A DNA stretch of 27,542 bases from a virus (taxonomy: Duplodnaviria; Caudoviricetes): IMG/VR virus record IMGVR_UViG_3300017722_001532, positions 1 through 27,542 of that record; one strand, given 5' to 3'. The translations under genes and the position numbers were made by a program. Below, one piece after another: positions 26,388 to 27,542 of the stretch. The notes beneath the pieces are model-generated. The model was not told the origin of the DNA. It did not search any database and was given only the letters and a program-made list of their open reading frames with translations. Every line of letters starts with the position of its first letter. Position 1 is the first letter of the stretch.

Positions 26388-26771
26388 TTGCTGCAGAATA
26401 AACTTGATGAAAACAATTTTATATTATACGCTGCAAGACATTATGATAATGCACAGTGTTATGAAAAGGAAGAGTTCTATGATGATCTCAAGAGGTTTAA
26501 ATATCTCAAGAGATTATTTGTAAAATATGAAGAATCAAACGAGCTGAGAGAAAGATTAATACTGAATCATTTGATAATACTTTATAACGTATTTAATGAT
26601 GCTGCTACTCCTATGTTGTTTTTAAAACTAAAAGGTTATTATCATTACTTAAAGCCTTTCTTGATTACTTTAGGTAGGCTTCCAAATAAAGTGATTATTA
26701 ATTCTGAATTGATTTATACAAGTGATATTGAAATGAATATTGATATAGTCAACGTATTAAGGAAGATTTGA
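26388..26771 (+). CDS. conserved T4-like hypothetical protein
   Basis: TTG start with AAGGG SD; HYDN..C...EEFYDDLKRFKY, ERLILNH.IILYNVF pattern familiar from large T4-like phages. Confidence 0.8.
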   Translation: MLQNKLDENNFILYAARHYDNAQCYEKEEFYDDLKRFKYLKRLFVKYEESNELRERLILNHLIILYNVFNDAATPMLFLKLKGYYHYLKPFLITLGRLPNKVIINSELIYTSDIEMNIDIVNVLRKI

Positions 26772-27487
26772 TGGAAAAAACACCAAAAGATAAAGAATCT
26801 GGTCTTCCTAAAAGTTATGTTGGTAAACTAAGTTCTTCAACTGCTAAGGCGCGAAAGAGGCATTGGAAAAAAATGAGCAAATATTCAGACCGTGATCCCA
26901 GAGCTTATGAACCCGCTCCAGGCGATGCAACAGCCAAAACAAAACCAAGCAAACATACTCTAGCAGTAAGAAAAATGATGAAAGAAGGTAGTGCAGATTC
27001 TTCGCTTGAAGCAAAAGCGAAAAAGTCAGGAATTTCAGTATCTACGCTTAAAGCAGTTTATCGTAGAGGTGTTGCTGCATGGAACTCTGGTCACCGGCCA
27101 GGAACTACACCTCAGCAATGGGGTCATGCACGAGTCAACTCATATATCCGTAAAGGCTCAGGAACGTATCATGGCGCCGATAAAGATTTGCGTGAAGAAA
27201 CAAAGTGGGTAGAAGAAGTAGACACAACTAAAAAGAATCAAGTAAAAGCGATAAAAGCTGGTGCCAAATTAAATATTGATCCGGATACTAGAACACCAGA
27301 TCATTTTACCGCAGCGATGCGCCGCAAAAGAGGTTTACCAGAAGATGTTCCAGCAAATAATGCTGGTGGCGGAAATATTGCCGGTATTGGTGTTGGTTCA
27401 CAAGGCGAACCACCTGGTAAATTAGCAATCATGAAAAAGACTCCTCTTAAGCGATTCAAAGACTTTCTTAAAAAGACAATGAAATGA
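26770..27487 (+). CDS. basic DUF5824-like protein, probable internal head protein; start codon position approximate (26768-26771)
   Basis: KAKKSGIS...YRRGVAAW...WGHARVNSY domain paralogous to the one in ORF 20810; C-terminal KRFKDFL. Confidence 0.7.
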
Positions 27488-27542
27488 ACTATTGGAAATA
27501 TGTAACTTTATCTATTGTTTTTATAGCAATCATAGGTAAAGC
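27484..27542 (+). CDS. 5' end of a membrane-anchored or secreted protein (partial)
   Basis: ATGA overlap with the previous stop; MNYWKYVTLSIVFIAIIGK is hydrophobic. Confidence 0.55.
   Translation, partial: MNYWKYVTLSIVFIAIIGK

Overview
This 27.5 kb window comes from a large T4-like myovirus. A PcyX-type bilin reductase, a ROSE-like hsp20 leader and an apparently leaderless gene suggest an alphaproteobacterial host, but that is inference. Bases 1-14,000 hold early/replication genes driven by a repeated T4-early-like promoter (TTTAC-W-TAATT...N17...TATAGT): small ORFs, pcyX, an Sm-like protein, a metallopeptidase, two-subunit topoisomerase II, hsp20, a lone minus-strand NlpC/P60-type hydrolase, DNA polymerase gp43, UvsX, gp41 helicase and a DenV-like glycosylase. 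Bases 14,000-17,500 hold an AT-rich four-gene galactofuranose/glycosyltransferase cassette. From 17,479 on, a late region with TATAAATA promoters encodes proteins carrying motifs like the T4 capsid-targeting sequence and prohead-protease sites. These are a PD-(D/E)xK nuclease-like protein, an RNA-ligase-fold protein, an HxGH-type nucleotidyltransferase, a small basic protein and modular polyproteins. The strongest candidates for something new are (1) this apparently virion-packaged nuclease + ligase + nucleotidyltransferase cassette and (2) a ~175-nt structured late leader at 20,605-20,820 with tandem covarying hairpins, a mutually exclusive 13-bp helix, a uORF and an intrinsic terminator. All family assignments come from motif recognition by eye; no searches were run.
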